Shown here one piece after another: positions 1-8,538 of a stretch of 20,000 bases of DNA (positions within the stretch are counted from its first letter, which is position 1; each line of letters starts with the position of its first letter). This DNA comes from an uncultured virus (IMG/VR IMGVR_UViG_3300021431_000114) (Duplodnaviria > Heunggongvirae > Uroviricota > Caudoviricetes), in IMG/VR virus record IMGVR_UViG_3300021431_000114, positions 56,141-76,140 of that record. One strand, written 5' to 3'. The notes beneath the pieces are model-generated. The model saw nothing but the letters and a program-made list of their open reading frames with translations. It did not search any database and had not been told where the DNA came from. The position numbers and the translations under genes are program-made.

Positions 1-936
1 TATTTCCTCACGGCTGGCAGTAATCGCGCTTGCAGCACACATGCACTGCGGATGGAAGCCGCTAAACTTGAAGTCCTTCGGGTAGTCGCCCCATAACTCG
101 TCGCAAATATCGGGTTCGGGATGCTGAGGACTGCCCCAAATGCGTATGCCAATGACAAACGGCTCGTTTTTCCAACGCTCGCAGTTCGCGTAATGGTACG
201 ACATGTTGATTTCCGTGCGCATCAAGCGGAACGTGTTGCGGTAACTGCTGCGGTACACACCCTGCCCTACTTCTTCCAGCGGTGCTTCAATAAAGCGTAC
301 TTTGCCTTCCTCGTCAATAATGCGCTTGTGCCACTTCACAACGTCCTTGGCTGCGCCGCCTTTGGTAATGACCTTGTGATGATAGCGTCTGTACATCATG
401 TCCGGCTCTTGCAGCTGCCCGTACACCTTACGGGAAAGCTCCACTGCACTTGTGCCCTTTGCAAGCCCGTCCGTAATGACGTTGCTCATAGCCATTTCAA
501 ACTCGCTTTTCGTCTGCTCCGCATAGTTCCACACACGCTGCGACAAGTTCAAGCCCTGCGGCGTATTCATGCGCTGCGCAAGGAAAGCACTTGCAGCAAG
601 GTTGCGTACCTGCATGATTGCTTCATCGTTGAGCACCGTGTAGCCTTTCAGTGTGCGTGCATCCTGCCCGAAAGCAAGCCCTACGCCCGACTGTATGCCG
701 CTTTGCGCGAGCAACAGCTGTTCGCGGACGTACTGACGGAAGATGTCGTTAAGACGCGTCTTAAGCTCTGGGAAGTTGTCAAACAGAAACAGCGCGTCCT
801 CACTAAGCTTCTGTTCAACGTTGATGCCCAGTGCTGACAGCTGCTTGATAAACTTGCCGTACAGCATGCCTATCCGTATGTTGTACTTGGCAAACAGTGC
901 CGTGAGTTCTTTTTGCTGCGCTATGTTTTGAGCCAT
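1..936 (-). CDS. Minor head / head morphogenesis protein (SPP1 gp7 / Mu F-like), runs off the window's left edge
   Basis: Not in the ORF track because it has no stop in the window. Translated by hand from ATG 936: MAQNIAQQKELTALFAKY...LNLSQRVWNY...FRLMRTEINMSY...PDICDELWGDYPKDFKFSGFHPQCMC. It has the RTE, ICD and HPxCxC motifs and lies downstream of the portal. Confidence 0.88.
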   Translation of the reverse strand, partial: MAQNIAQQKELTALFAKYNIRIGMLYGKFIKQLSALGINVEQKLSEDALFLFDNFPELKTRLNDIFRQYVREQLLLAQSGIQSGVGLAFGQDARTLKGYTVLNDEAIMQVRNLAASAFLAQRMNTPQGLNLSQRVWNYAEQTKSEFEMAMSNVITDGLAKGTSAVELSRKVYGQLQEPDMMYRRYHHKVITKGGAAKDVVKWHKRIIDEEGKVRFIEAPLEEVGQGVYRSSYRNTFRLMRTEINMSYHYANCERWKNEPFVIGIRIWGSPQHPEPDICDELWGDYPKDFKFSGFHPQCMCAASAITASREEI

Positions 937-1025
937 TTGTGCGACTTTTTTTATTTTCTACACATTGTTTTTTCTTGTCTTACGCGCACGCATACGCACG
1001 CACGTTAATTACCATTGCTTTACTG

Positions 1026-1089
1026 TTTATTATTTATTAAATATTATATTATATATATGTCCTTATCTTTAGGGGCTTCGATGGGGCTT
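1026..1089. other. 33-bp pure A/T tract (1026-1058) next to two GGGGCTT repeats at 11-bp spacing (1072, 1083); candidate origin-like element
   Basis: The tract and repeats are seen directly. The function is inferred. Confidence 0.35.
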
Positions 1090-1188
1090 AAACGTAACTT
1101 GCTGATATTCAACGCATAAAAGACGAGTAAAACCGCTGTTTTGCATTTCGTAACATTTTTGCAAGGTATTTTTGCAGTTAGCGATTAG

Positions 1189-1278
1189 GTTTTAACAAAA
1201 CCTTAACACATTTCAGCCGTTTTTGCCCTGCTTTGCTTCATCGTTTAGATTCGTTTGCTGTTTTAACACGCCCTTAAC
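1189..1278. repeat. Direct repeat GTTTTAACAnnnCCTTAAC (1189-1207 and 1260-1278)
   Basis: The two copies are 16/19 identical. Further TTAA units occur at 1309, 1319, 1332 and 1342. Confidence 0.7.
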
Positions 1279-1399
1279 TAAAAAAGTGCGCCTGCGCTGC
1301 TGTTTTCCTTAATTCCCGTTAATTACAACGGTTAATATCAGTTAATCAGCTTTACAGACGCACCGCTGTGGGCGAAATCGAACAACAGCCTACATATTA

Positions 1400-2872
1400 C
1401 TATTCATCACCAGCACTGAAGCTGTCGCCAGCCCCAAACAAGTCACGCTGCTGCTTTGCCGTTTCCGCTGCTTCTGCCTTTAGCTGCTTCAGCGTTTCCT
1501 CGGGATTGTCAACAATCGGATTCTTGCGCACACCTTCCTCTTGTGACATGGTAGCTTTGCCGCCCGTCGAAAGGTTGATGATTTCTATTTCTTCCTTCTT
1601 GTTCTTGGGCAGGTACAGCTCAAAGTGCGGCTCAACAAACGTCTGCTCTACCGTTTCCGTACCCACGCCGTCACGCTGCGCACAGCCGCCCTTTACGACG
1701 TTGAAGCGACGTTCAAAGTTCTCGCCAAAAAGCTCCTGCTTGTCGTCTGCCTTCATAAACGCATCCGTGAACATAAGGCTTATGGCAACGCCGCTTGTGT
1801 TGCTGCCTATCTCCTTCATGGACTTGAAGCTGATGTCGGGTGTCTGCGTATAGCTGAATATGACGTTGAACAGCTCCGCAAGCTCGCCCTTGATGCTTTC
1901 GGGGCTGCTGTCCCATGACAGCACCTTCATGTCCGTCTCGTTGCCCTCGCCTTGGTACACCTTGCCCTGCTCGCCCTTTTCTGCAAAGCCCTTAAGCTTG
2001 CCCTTGAAGAAGTACGAGGGAGAGCCGAAGTAGTCGTTGGTGTCGCCCCAATTCGACAGCAGCGTGTCTACGCGGTCACAAGCTGGCTGCACATCGTCCC
2101 ACTCCGTTTTCTCCTGCCTGTAGTACACAATGGGCAGGCGGTCGAAGCCGTGCGGTACGGGTGCTGTATCTACTGCGTACAGCTGTGCGCCGTTTGCTTC
2201 CGTTGCGAAGCGGTAAACAAAGCGGTCGGTGTAGATGTCGAAGTGCATGATGTACTGACCCAGCAAGTCCATCGTGCGGTAGCCGCGCCCGAAGCCGTCC
2301 ATGCGTCCGTAGTCGTCAAAGTGCGGCAGCAGCAAGTCACCACGTGACGGGCTTAACAGCTGCACGCGCATTTCACCGCTTGTCGGCTTGCCGTTCGCGT
2401 CCGGCACAAAGTACCAAAGCTCCGCTGCTTCACGCTCGCGGAACACTGTGCGGGCAAGCTTCTTGTCAAAGTACGGCATCTTGTTCTGCTCAAAGACAGT
2501 CATAACGCTGTCAAAGAGCTGCTGCGAAGCGTCGCTTGTAGCGCCTTTGCCCTTAAGCTGGTACGTGACGGGCTTGCCAAGCAAGAAGCCTGCCGTGCGC
2601 TCAACAAGCAGCTTCTGAACGGGAACAGCAACACGGCACACCTCCACGTACTTAACCTTGTAGATGGGATTGCCGTCTGCGTCGAACTTGTCCGTCTTGA
2701 CTTTCACTTGCTTGCGCTTGCGCTTCGTGCGGTCAAAGACTGCGTGACGGTACACGTCATACTCCGCTTCCGTCTCGGAAAAAGACTTGCTGAACTTGGG
2801 CTTGCAGCGTTGCAGCGAATCACGCATCTGCTCGCCGCTGCTAAGTGCCAATACTTCTTCTATCTTGCTCAT
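1400..2872 (-). CDS. Phage portal protein, SPP1 gp6-like
   Basis: 490 aa, immediately downstream of terL. Motifs include GFLLGKPVTY, PHGFDRLPIVYY, DTNDYF, TPDISF and SGVAI. Confidence 0.92.
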   Translation of the reverse strand: MSKIEEVLALSSGEQMRDSLQRCKPKFSKSFSETEAEYDVYRHAVFDRTKRKRKQVKVKTDKFDADGNPIYKVKYVEVCRVAVPVQKLLVERTAGFLLGKPVTYQLKGKGATSDASQQLFDSVMTVFEQNKMPYFDKKLARTVFREREAAELWYFVPDANGKPTSGEMRVQLLSPSRGDLLLPHFDDYGRMDGFGRGYRTMDLLGQYIMHFDIYTDRFVYRFATEANGAQLYAVDTAPVPHGFDRLPIVYYRQEKTEWDDVQPACDRVDTLLSNWGDTNDYFGSPSYFFKGKLKGFAEKGEQGKVYQGEGNETDMKVLSWDSSPESIKGELAELFNVIFSYTQTPDISFKSMKEIGSNTSGVAISLMFTDAFMKADDKQELFGENFERRFNVVKGGCAQRDGVGTETVEQTFVEPHFELYLPKNKKEEIEIINLSTGGKATMSQEEGVRKNPIVDNPEETLKQLKAEAAETAKQQRDLFGAGDSFSAGDE

Positions 2873-2875
2873 AAA

Positions 2876-4465
2876 TTACAGTATATCCAATAGTCCTTCT
2901 GCATCCAATCCCTCGCCGTTCTGTCCGAGCACTTCTTCAAGTATGACGTAGCGGATTGCGTCGATGCAGTTGTGTACAAGCAGGCCGTTGGCGTAGTACT
3001 CATGCTGTTGCGCTACTTCCAAGTCAAAGACTTGGGCCTCGCCTGCGTCCTCTGCAAAGATAGCTTTAATTTCCCGTGCTGTTTGCTCGTTGCGCTTTGT
3101 TTGTGTAAACACAACGTCGCCTGCGTGCAAACACGCGATTTTTTGCCACTTTGCAGCCGTTCTTACAAGGTGATTGGGCGTTGCCCGAACAACTATCTGC
3201 GCATCGTCAAAAACAAGCGTGTAACGCTGAATTTTGCGCTTTCCGTTCTTCCACAGCTTTGTTACGCGCTTGTAGCCTGCGCTCGTCAGCACCAAATCGT
3301 CCGTCGTGATGTTGGCAATACGCTTTGCGCCCATCGATGTTGTTACAAGCGTGTCTGCTGTGAAGCAGTGGTTGAAGGCATCTACTGGCTCGTTGAGCCA
3401 CTTGCCGTTTTTGTCTCGTCTGTACACGTAGCTTTTCAGTTCTTTTATTAGGTTGACACTGCGACGCGTCACGACAAGCTTGAACTGCTGCATCTTCTGC
3501 AAGCCAGCCTTTACGCTGCCGGGGTACTTCTTCACGCCGTGAATGTCAATGCCTGTGTTGTAAATTTCGTCTATTTCTCGCGGCTCTGCGCTGTCAGCCC
3601 ACACCTTGGGCATCCATACTTGCTGCTGCTTAAGCTCCTTGATGATGTCCTCCGTACCCATCTGCGTGCGGTAGCAAAGCTCGTCCAAGTAGATTGTCTT
3701 GCCCACAATGCTGACAAGCACAATGGCCGTCGGGTCGTTGGTGTAGCCAAAGTCCAGTCCAAGAAAGCGGTGTCGGCGTGCCTGGGGCGGCAGCTCGTCC
3801 ACGATTTCAAACGACTTGAAGATACGCCCCTCAATGATTGCACGCTGCCCAAGCCCGTACACTTGCCACAGCGAGGGCGATGTGTCCTTAAGTTCCTCAA
3901 TGCTGTCAATGACGCTTTGCTCAAGAAACGGATTGTCCTTGTATGTGCTGATGAAGAACTTCGTGCGGGAGCTGTTGTTTACTTTGGTAACTATCCAGTG
4001 GTCTTCGTCAAAGCTCGGGTTGTAGTCTATCAGTGTGAACAGCGTGGTACGGAGCTTAAGCTGCGTCCACTCGTCAAAGGACAGCTCGTTTGCTTCGTTT
4101 ACGTACAGTATCATGCGCTTACGACCACGCAAACGCTGATCATCCGTCGCAGGGAAGAACTCTATCCAGCTGCCGTTAGGAAACGTGTAAATGAAATCCG
4201 TCAGGTTCATGCACTTGTCGCTCCACTGACCCATGCGCTGCATGATGTCCTTGAAGTCGCGGAACACAGTACCTTTTAACGCAGGGCGCGTGCCACGAAC
4301 AACTGCAACAGTAGTACCGGGAAACGACAGACAGCGCACGATAAGCCAAATGACGATGGTGTACGTCTTGCTGCTTCGTGCGCTACCTTGTGCCGACACT
4401 GTGCTGTAGCCCGCGTCAAAGGCACTCTGTATAACGTTGTAAACCCTGCTGACTTGTATCTTCAC
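2876..4465 (-). CDS. terL: Terminase large subunit (PBSX-like) containing a mini-intein; likely GTG start at 4465
   Basis: Walker A-like QGSARSSKT, LRG, Walker B YVNEANE, DYNP, STYKDNPFL, nuclease GLDFGYTNDPT, ADSAEP and C-terminal NH/CIDAIRY. Confidence 0.95.
   Translation of the reverse strand: MKIQVSRVYNVIQSAFDAGYSTVSAQGSARSSKTYTIVIWLIVRCLSFPGTTVAVVRGTRPALKGTVFRDFKDIMQRMGQWSDKCMNLTDFIYTFPNGSWIEFFPATDDQRLRGRKRMILYVNEANELSFDEWTQLKLRTTLFTLIDYNPSFDEDHWIVTKVNNSSRTKFFISTYKDNPFLEQSVIDSIEELKDTSPSLWQVYGLGQRAIIEGRIFKSFEIVDELPPQARRHRFLGLDFGYTNDPTAIVLVSIVGKTIYLDELCYRTQMGTEDIIKELKQQQVWMPKVWADSAEPREIDEIYNTGIDIHGVKKYPGSVKAGLQKMQQFKLVVTRRSVNLIKELKSYVYRRDKNGKWLNEPVDAFNHCFTADTLVTTSMGAKRIANITTDDLVLTSAGYKRVTKLWKNGKRKIQRYTLVFDDAQIVVRATPNHLVRTAAKWQKIACLHAGDVVFTQTKRNEQTAREIKAIFAEDAGEAQVFDLEVAQQHEYYANGLLVHNCIDAIRYVILEEVLGQNGEGLDAEGLLDIL
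2969..3367 (-). mobile_element. Mini-intein (133 aa, Hint domain only) in TerL
   Basis: Begins CFTADTLV (block A), has ATPNH (block B TxxH) and VFDLEV (block F), and ends NGLLVHN followed by Cys+1. Removing it restores DAFNH-CIDAIRY. Confidence 0.93.
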
Positions 4466-4547
4466 GTTCCTATTCCTATATACGTGCGTATGTGCGTGCA
4501 AGCGTGCGCATCATTTTCGTGCAGTCACGAAAATGGTAGGCTGCACG

Positions 4548-5030
4548 TTACTCGTCTATGCGCTCGTCCACTTGCTCGCGCTTGTCAATGACCTCTATCG
4601 TCAACGGCTCATGCTTAAGCTTCTCGCCGCCGCTGGTAATATCCAGCTTGTCGCCGACCTTGCCAAGTGAGCGGTCAAGCATCTTTTCAGCATACTCAAA
4701 GCCTTTCTTGCTCAACAGCGACTTGATGCACAGACGCACGATAAAGGGCGTTTCCTTGTCGTTGACAAGCTGCTTCATGCGTTCCTCGCCCATGCTCATG
4801 CAGTACAAGTACACCTTGGAAACGTCCGACTTGCCAAACTCCTTGTAACCCTCTTTCTTTAGCTGCTTGCAGATACTTTGCACTGTAAGGGGCGGGCGAC
4901 CTTTTGCGTTACCCGACTGCCCTTTCTTGAACTGGAACGGCTCTATAGCTTTGTTGCTCTTTTCCCGTCCCGTCAACTCGCGCTGCCCGTCCTGCTGCTG
5001 CTCGCCTTGCATTTCTACTTCCTGTTCCAT
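4548..5030 (-). CDS. Terminase small subunit-like protein
   Basis: Has the FKKGQSGNxxGRP motif (DUF5681-type), MLDRSLGK and a C-terminal DITSGGEKL segment, and lies directly upstream of terL. Confidence 0.78.
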   Translation of the reverse strand: MEQEVEMQGEQQQDGQRELTGREKSNKAIEPFQFKKGQSGNAKGRPPLTVQSICKQLKKEGYKEFGKSDVSKVYLYCMSMGEERMKQLVNDKETPFIVRLCIKSLLSKKGFEYAEKMLDRSLGKVGDKLDITSGGEKLKHEPLTIEVIDKREQVDERIDE

Positions 5031-5090
5031 AGTTTCGCTGTTCCTCGCTGTTATTTCAGCTTGTTTCGCTTACTTTCCTCTACTTTTGGC

Positions 5091-5408
5091 TTATTTGCCG
5101 TTAATGTAGCTCACGTTGCACACCTGCGCCTTTGCAGCCGTCAAGCGTCCGCATGCCTCGTCTTGGAACTGCGCATACACTTCCATGAAGTTGTTCAGCT
5201 GGCACTCAACAAGTAACCTTGCGCTCAATGCTATGAACGCAGGGTACTTGCTTTGTGTCAGTTCCTTTAGCTTCTCGTGCGGCTGCTCCAAGAGGTACTG
5301 CATAATGAGCACTTTGTCCTTGGCGGGGAGCATTTCGCGGAACTTTACGCCCAGCTCCCTTTCAAGCTCTGTACGCACTAAATGCGTCCTTTCCCGTCGC
5401 TCTGCCAT
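5091..5408 (-). CDS. Hypothetical protein, apparent diverged paralog of the TerS core
   Basis: 105 aa. Its ATG abuts the folE stop, and it aligns by eye with the TerS middle region. Confidence 0.7.
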   Translation of the reverse strand: MAERRERTHLVRTELERELGVKFREMLPAKDKVLIMQYLLEQPHEKLKELTQSKYPAFIALSARLLVECQLNNFMEVYAQFQDEACGRLTAAKAQVCNVSYINGK

Positions 5409-6020
5409 CTACTCAATCTTAGTGTTGTTGACTAAGTTCATGAACTCGCTGCGTACAGCTGCGTCCGTGAGGAACAGCCCTTTAAGGCAGGAGTTTGACA
5501 TAATGCCCTTCTTGCGTGCTCCGCGTATTTCCTTGCACGTGTGATGGGCTTTCATTACGCAGGCAATGCCCAGCGGAGCGCACTCTGCTGGCACGTCGCT
5601 TGTCAGTGCTTCCTCAATCATATTCACTACGTCATGCACCAAACGCTCCTGTATCTGCATGCGTGCAGCACAGTAGTCCACGACGCGGGCAATCTTGCTC
5701 AAACCGAGTATCTTGCCGTTGGGGTGTGGAATGTAGGCAAAGAAGTACTGCCCCATGAAAGGCAGCACGTGGTGCTCGCACATTGAAGCAAAGTCGCCCG
5801 TGTCCGTAACCATTTGGTCGCACACAAGGTTGTCCTTGCCATTGTCAAACACTGTAATCTTGGGCTTCTGCGCCGGGTCGTAGCCGCGAAACAGCTCTTT
5901 CCACATACGCACGACACGCTCAGGCGTGCCTTGCAGCCCAGCACGGTTCGGGTCTTCACCCACATACTCCAGCAGCTCGCGCACATGCTGCTCTGCTTGT
6001 TCCTTTGTCAGCTTTGCCAT
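5409..6020 (-). CDS. folE: GTP cyclohydrolase I (start ATG 6020, MAKLTKEQ)
   Basis: GEDPNRAGLQGTPERV, SMCEHHVLPF, GLSKIARVV, QIQERL and HTCKEIRG motifs. Confidence 0.95.
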   Translation of the reverse strand: MAKLTKEQAEQHVRELLEYVGEDPNRAGLQGTPERVVRMWKELFRGYDPAQKPKITVFDNGKDNLVCDQMVTDTGDFASMCEHHVLPFMGQYFFAYIPHPNGKILGLSKIARVVDYCAARMQIQERLVHDVVNMIEEALTSDVPAECAPLGIACVMKAHHTCKEIRGARKKGIMSNSCLKGLFLTDAAVRSEFMNLVNNTKIE

Positions 6021-6024
6021 AGTG

Positions 6025-6363
6025 CTATTCCTCGTCAAGTTTGTAAGTAGCAACGTTGCTCTCGCTTTCCTGCACGTCAGCGCGGTAGCACTGCGGAATG
6101 GTGTCAACAATCCACTTTGCAATGTTCTCGGCTGTCGGGTTGAAAGGCAGCAGCTCGTTAAGGTTGCCGTGGTCGAGCTTTCCGTGTATGGCACGCTTGA
6201 TAAGCGCGAAGTCTGCAACCATGCCGTCCTTGTTCAGCTCCTTTGCCTTGCAATAGACGGTGACAATCCAGTTGTGGCCGTGCAAGTTTGCGCACTTGCT
6301 TTCGTAGGACAGCTGCAAGTGATGGCATGCAGCTATTTCCATTCTTTTCTTTACGTAGTACAT
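6025..6363 (-). CDS. queD: 6-carboxy-5,6,7,8-tetrahydropterin synthase
   Basis: CANLHGHNW (CxxxHGH), GMVADF, LDH, NPTAENIA and VQES motifs. Confidence 0.95.
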   Translation of the reverse strand: MYYVKKRMEIAACHHLQLSYESKCANLHGHNWIVTVYCKAKELNKDGMVADFALIKRAIHGKLDHGNLNELLPFNPTAENIAKWIVDTIPQCYRADVQESESNVATYKLDEE

Positions 6364-6413
6364 AGTCTTTATACTTTTACAGTTCTTTCCAATTCTTCTA
6401 ACACTTGAAAGTT

Positions 6414-7088
6414 TTACACGCCGCGCTTGTCCGCGTCCCAGATGAACTTGTGGATTTGCAGCTGCATTTTAACCCCGTTAAGGCGATTTTGAATAAGGAA
6501 CGATGCAATGTCTTGAAGCTCTATCGTTCCGAAGCATGCGCTCACTAAAACGTTGGTACGTGCAAGCAAGTTGTTTTGCTCGACAACGTACTTCATAATC
6601 TGCAAGTCGTGCAAGCTGCCCACAACAAACTTAACGCAGTCCGTCTTGTTGAGGTAGGCATAATTGCTTTGCTTCATCAGCTTTTGGTATGCGTTGCCTG
6701 CGCACTCCGTCTTGTAGTCCAGCGTTAGGCAAGGGCGATAAGACAAAGGCAGCTCCGCAAGCTCTGCAACGGACATACTGCCGTTTGTCTCTATCTCTAC
6801 CCGGTAGCCGTTGATTGCAAGCTGCAAAACAAGTTCCTTGATGTTCGCCTGCATAAGCGGCTCGCCACCTGTCAGCGTGACGTTCTTTACGTTCTGCTGC
6901 TGCACGTACTCCAGTAGCTCCTTTGCAGTCAGTTCCTCGTACTGTTCCGCTTTGTCGTAAGAATACTTGCTGTCGCAGTAGTCGCAGCGCAAGTTACAAC
7001 CGAAGAAGCGGATGAACACGGCAAGCTCGCCACTGTGCAAGCCCTCACCGTTAATGCTTACGAATTTCTCTACTACTTTGTACCGCAT
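6414..7088 (-). CDS. queE: 7-carboxy-7-deazaguanine synthase (radical SAM)
   Basis: FVSINGEG, FIRFFGCNLRCDYCDS (CxxxCxxC), TLTGGEPL, IETNGS and QLQIHK motifs. Confidence 0.95.
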   Translation of the reverse strand: MRYKVVEKFVSINGEGLHSGELAVFIRFFGCNLRCDYCDSKYSYDKAEQYEELTAKELLEYVQQQNVKNVTLTGGEPLMQANIKELVLQLAINGYRVEIETNGSMSVAELAELPLSYRPCLTLDYKTECAGNAYQKLMKQSNYAYLNKTDCVKFVVGSLHDLQIMKYVVEQNNLLARTNVLVSACFGTIELQDIASFLIQNRLNGVKMQLQIHKFIWDADKRGV

Positions 7089-7093
7089 ACAGA

Positions 7094-7762
7094 TTACTCC
7101 TTGTAAACAGTCATGTCTTCAACGCCTGCTGCGGCAAATGCAGCCTTACGGTTGCGGCAGCTGTCACACACACCACACTGGCACTCTCCGTTCTCGTAGC
7201 ACGACCACGTCTCTGCCAAGATGTCCTTGTCTTTCTCGTAGGCATACTTGATAAGGTCTGTTTTGTGCAGCCCAAGCAGCGAAGCGGTTTCAATCTTTAC
7301 GTGCTTCTCGCCACGGAACGTGCCCATATCCATTGCAAGCTCAAAGGCTTTGAAGAACGCGGGCGAGCAGTCGGGGAAAGCATACTCACCGTTGACAAGC
7401 ACGCAATCGTCCATGTGGCTTCCCAGCACGATCTTGTCAAAGCCGTTGGAATACGCGTACACCATAGCGATTTGCAGGAACATAGCATTACGCAAAGGCA
7501 CGACTACGCTTTTTTTGTAGCCCTGCTCTACTGCAACATCGTTTGTCAGCTGGTTTTCCTTGCCAAAGATGTGCTTAAGCGAGGAAATATCCATGCGCTC
7601 AAAGCCGAGGTTGTACTTGCTTGCAAGCTTCTCTACCACCTCGCTTTCCCGTTTTGCTTTCTGACCGTAGTAAAAGGTCATAAGCGTGGTGTCCTCGTTT
7701 ACGTAACGGAGTGCCATAGACACCGAATCAAGCCCTCCCGAACAAATAACTAATACTTTCAT
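7094..7762 (-). CDS. queC: 7-cyano-7-deazaguanine (preQ0) synthase
   Basis: PP-loop SGGLDS, YGQK, VPLRNAMFL, FPDC and TWSCY...CGVCDSC. There is no glutamine amidotransferase fusion. Confidence 0.95.
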   Translation of the reverse strand: MKVLVICSGGLDSVSMALRYVNEDTTLMTFYYGQKAKRESEVVEKLASKYNLGFERMDISSLKHIFGKENQLTNDVAVEQGYKKSVVVPLRNAMFLQIAMVYAYSNGFDKIVLGSHMDDCVLVNGEYAFPDCSPAFFKAFELAMDMGTFRGEKHVKIETASLLGLHKTDLIKYAYEKDKDILAETWSCYENGECQCGVCDSCRNRKAAFAAAGVEDMTVYKE

Positions 7763-7774
7763 ATTCGTTGTTTT

Positions 7775-8536
7775 CTAAAAGTTTACGTCTGCATACTTTT
7801 GGAACTTTACCCATTCAAGGAAGTTATGCGTCATAACCTCTTTGTAATTGCGTATCTTTGTTCCCTCGGGTCTGTTGCAGGTCTTTACTTTGCCTGCCTG
7901 CAAATCAAACTTGCAATACCCTCCCGATATGTTACCCATGAGCCAACTGCTGCTGTCAACGCTGTCGAAGCGGAAGTTGCCAAGCTTGGAGCTTGTATAG
8001 CCAAGCCCGTGTATCTTTGCGTTGTTCTTGTGTGCAGTAGCAATAAACCATGGAAAGTATTTCTCTATCACGCTTGACGGCAGGCCGTCAGTGAGTATGC
8101 CGCCGAAAGCCACGTATGAGTAGTTTTTGCACATCCATTCAAAGTACTGCTTGCCACGCGAGAGGTGAAACACTGGAATAGAACGCTTGCCCGTAAGGCT
8201 CTCCAGCCGTTCACGCAGTTGCTCCACCTTTTCCAGCCCGACAATGCTGTCAATGTCAAGCTCAAAGAAGTGCTTGATGTCGTATTTGTTTATGAAGTCC
8301 GCGTAGGCTTCCGTGTACTTCATCCAGTCCGTATCGTCCTTGCCCTTTACCATGTAGGTGAACGCTCCGCTGTCAAGCAGGAAATTGTCGTTAGCCGTCC
8401 AAATGCTTTCGGGAGCTTTCTTGTTGCTCAAAAGGTAGTAGTAGCTTTCGAGCAGGTACACACTGCGGAAGTCTATGTCGGAAAACTCCCGAATGTTCTT
8501 GTACTGATTTATTGCTGCTGCCAGGAATACACGCAT
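7775..8536 (-). CDS. TGT-fold (DpdA-like) guanine transglycosylase, probably acting on DNA
   Basis: LLDSGAF, FELD, IPVFH, AFGG, IHGLG and DSVDSSSW parallel the TGT catalytic motifs. It lacks the tRNA-TGT Zn-binding Cys cluster and lies next to the preQ0 genes. Confidence 0.8.
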   Translation of the reverse strand: MRVFLAAAINQYKNIREFSDIDFRSVYLLESYYYLLSNKKAPESIWTANDNFLLDSGAFTYMVKGKDDTDWMKYTEAYADFINKYDIKHFFELDIDSIVGLEKVEQLRERLESLTGKRSIPVFHLSRGKQYFEWMCKNYSYVAFGGILTDGLPSSVIEKYFPWFIATAHKNNAKIHGLGYTSSKLGNFRFDSVDSSSWLMGNISGGYCKFDLQAGKVKTCNRPEGTKIRNYKEVMTHNFLEWVKFQKYADVNF

Positions 8537-8538
8537 AC

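Noticed and set aside
121..837. 238-aa plus-strand ORF and other long antisense ORFs (3539-4279, 12668-13405, 13710-14816, 14366-16267, 18625-19533)
   Set aside because: They are shadows of clear genes on the opposite strand and have no recognisable motifs.
6021..6218. N-terminal extension of FolE in the ORF track
   Set aside because: It overlaps queD in another frame. FolE similarity starts at ATG 6020.
6369..6413. In-frame 14-codon extension after the queE TAA (NFQVLEELERTVKV), suggesting readthrough or recoding
   Set aside because: QueE ends at a normal-looking KRGV terminus, such a short open stretch is expected by chance, and all three stop codons appear to be used normally in the window.
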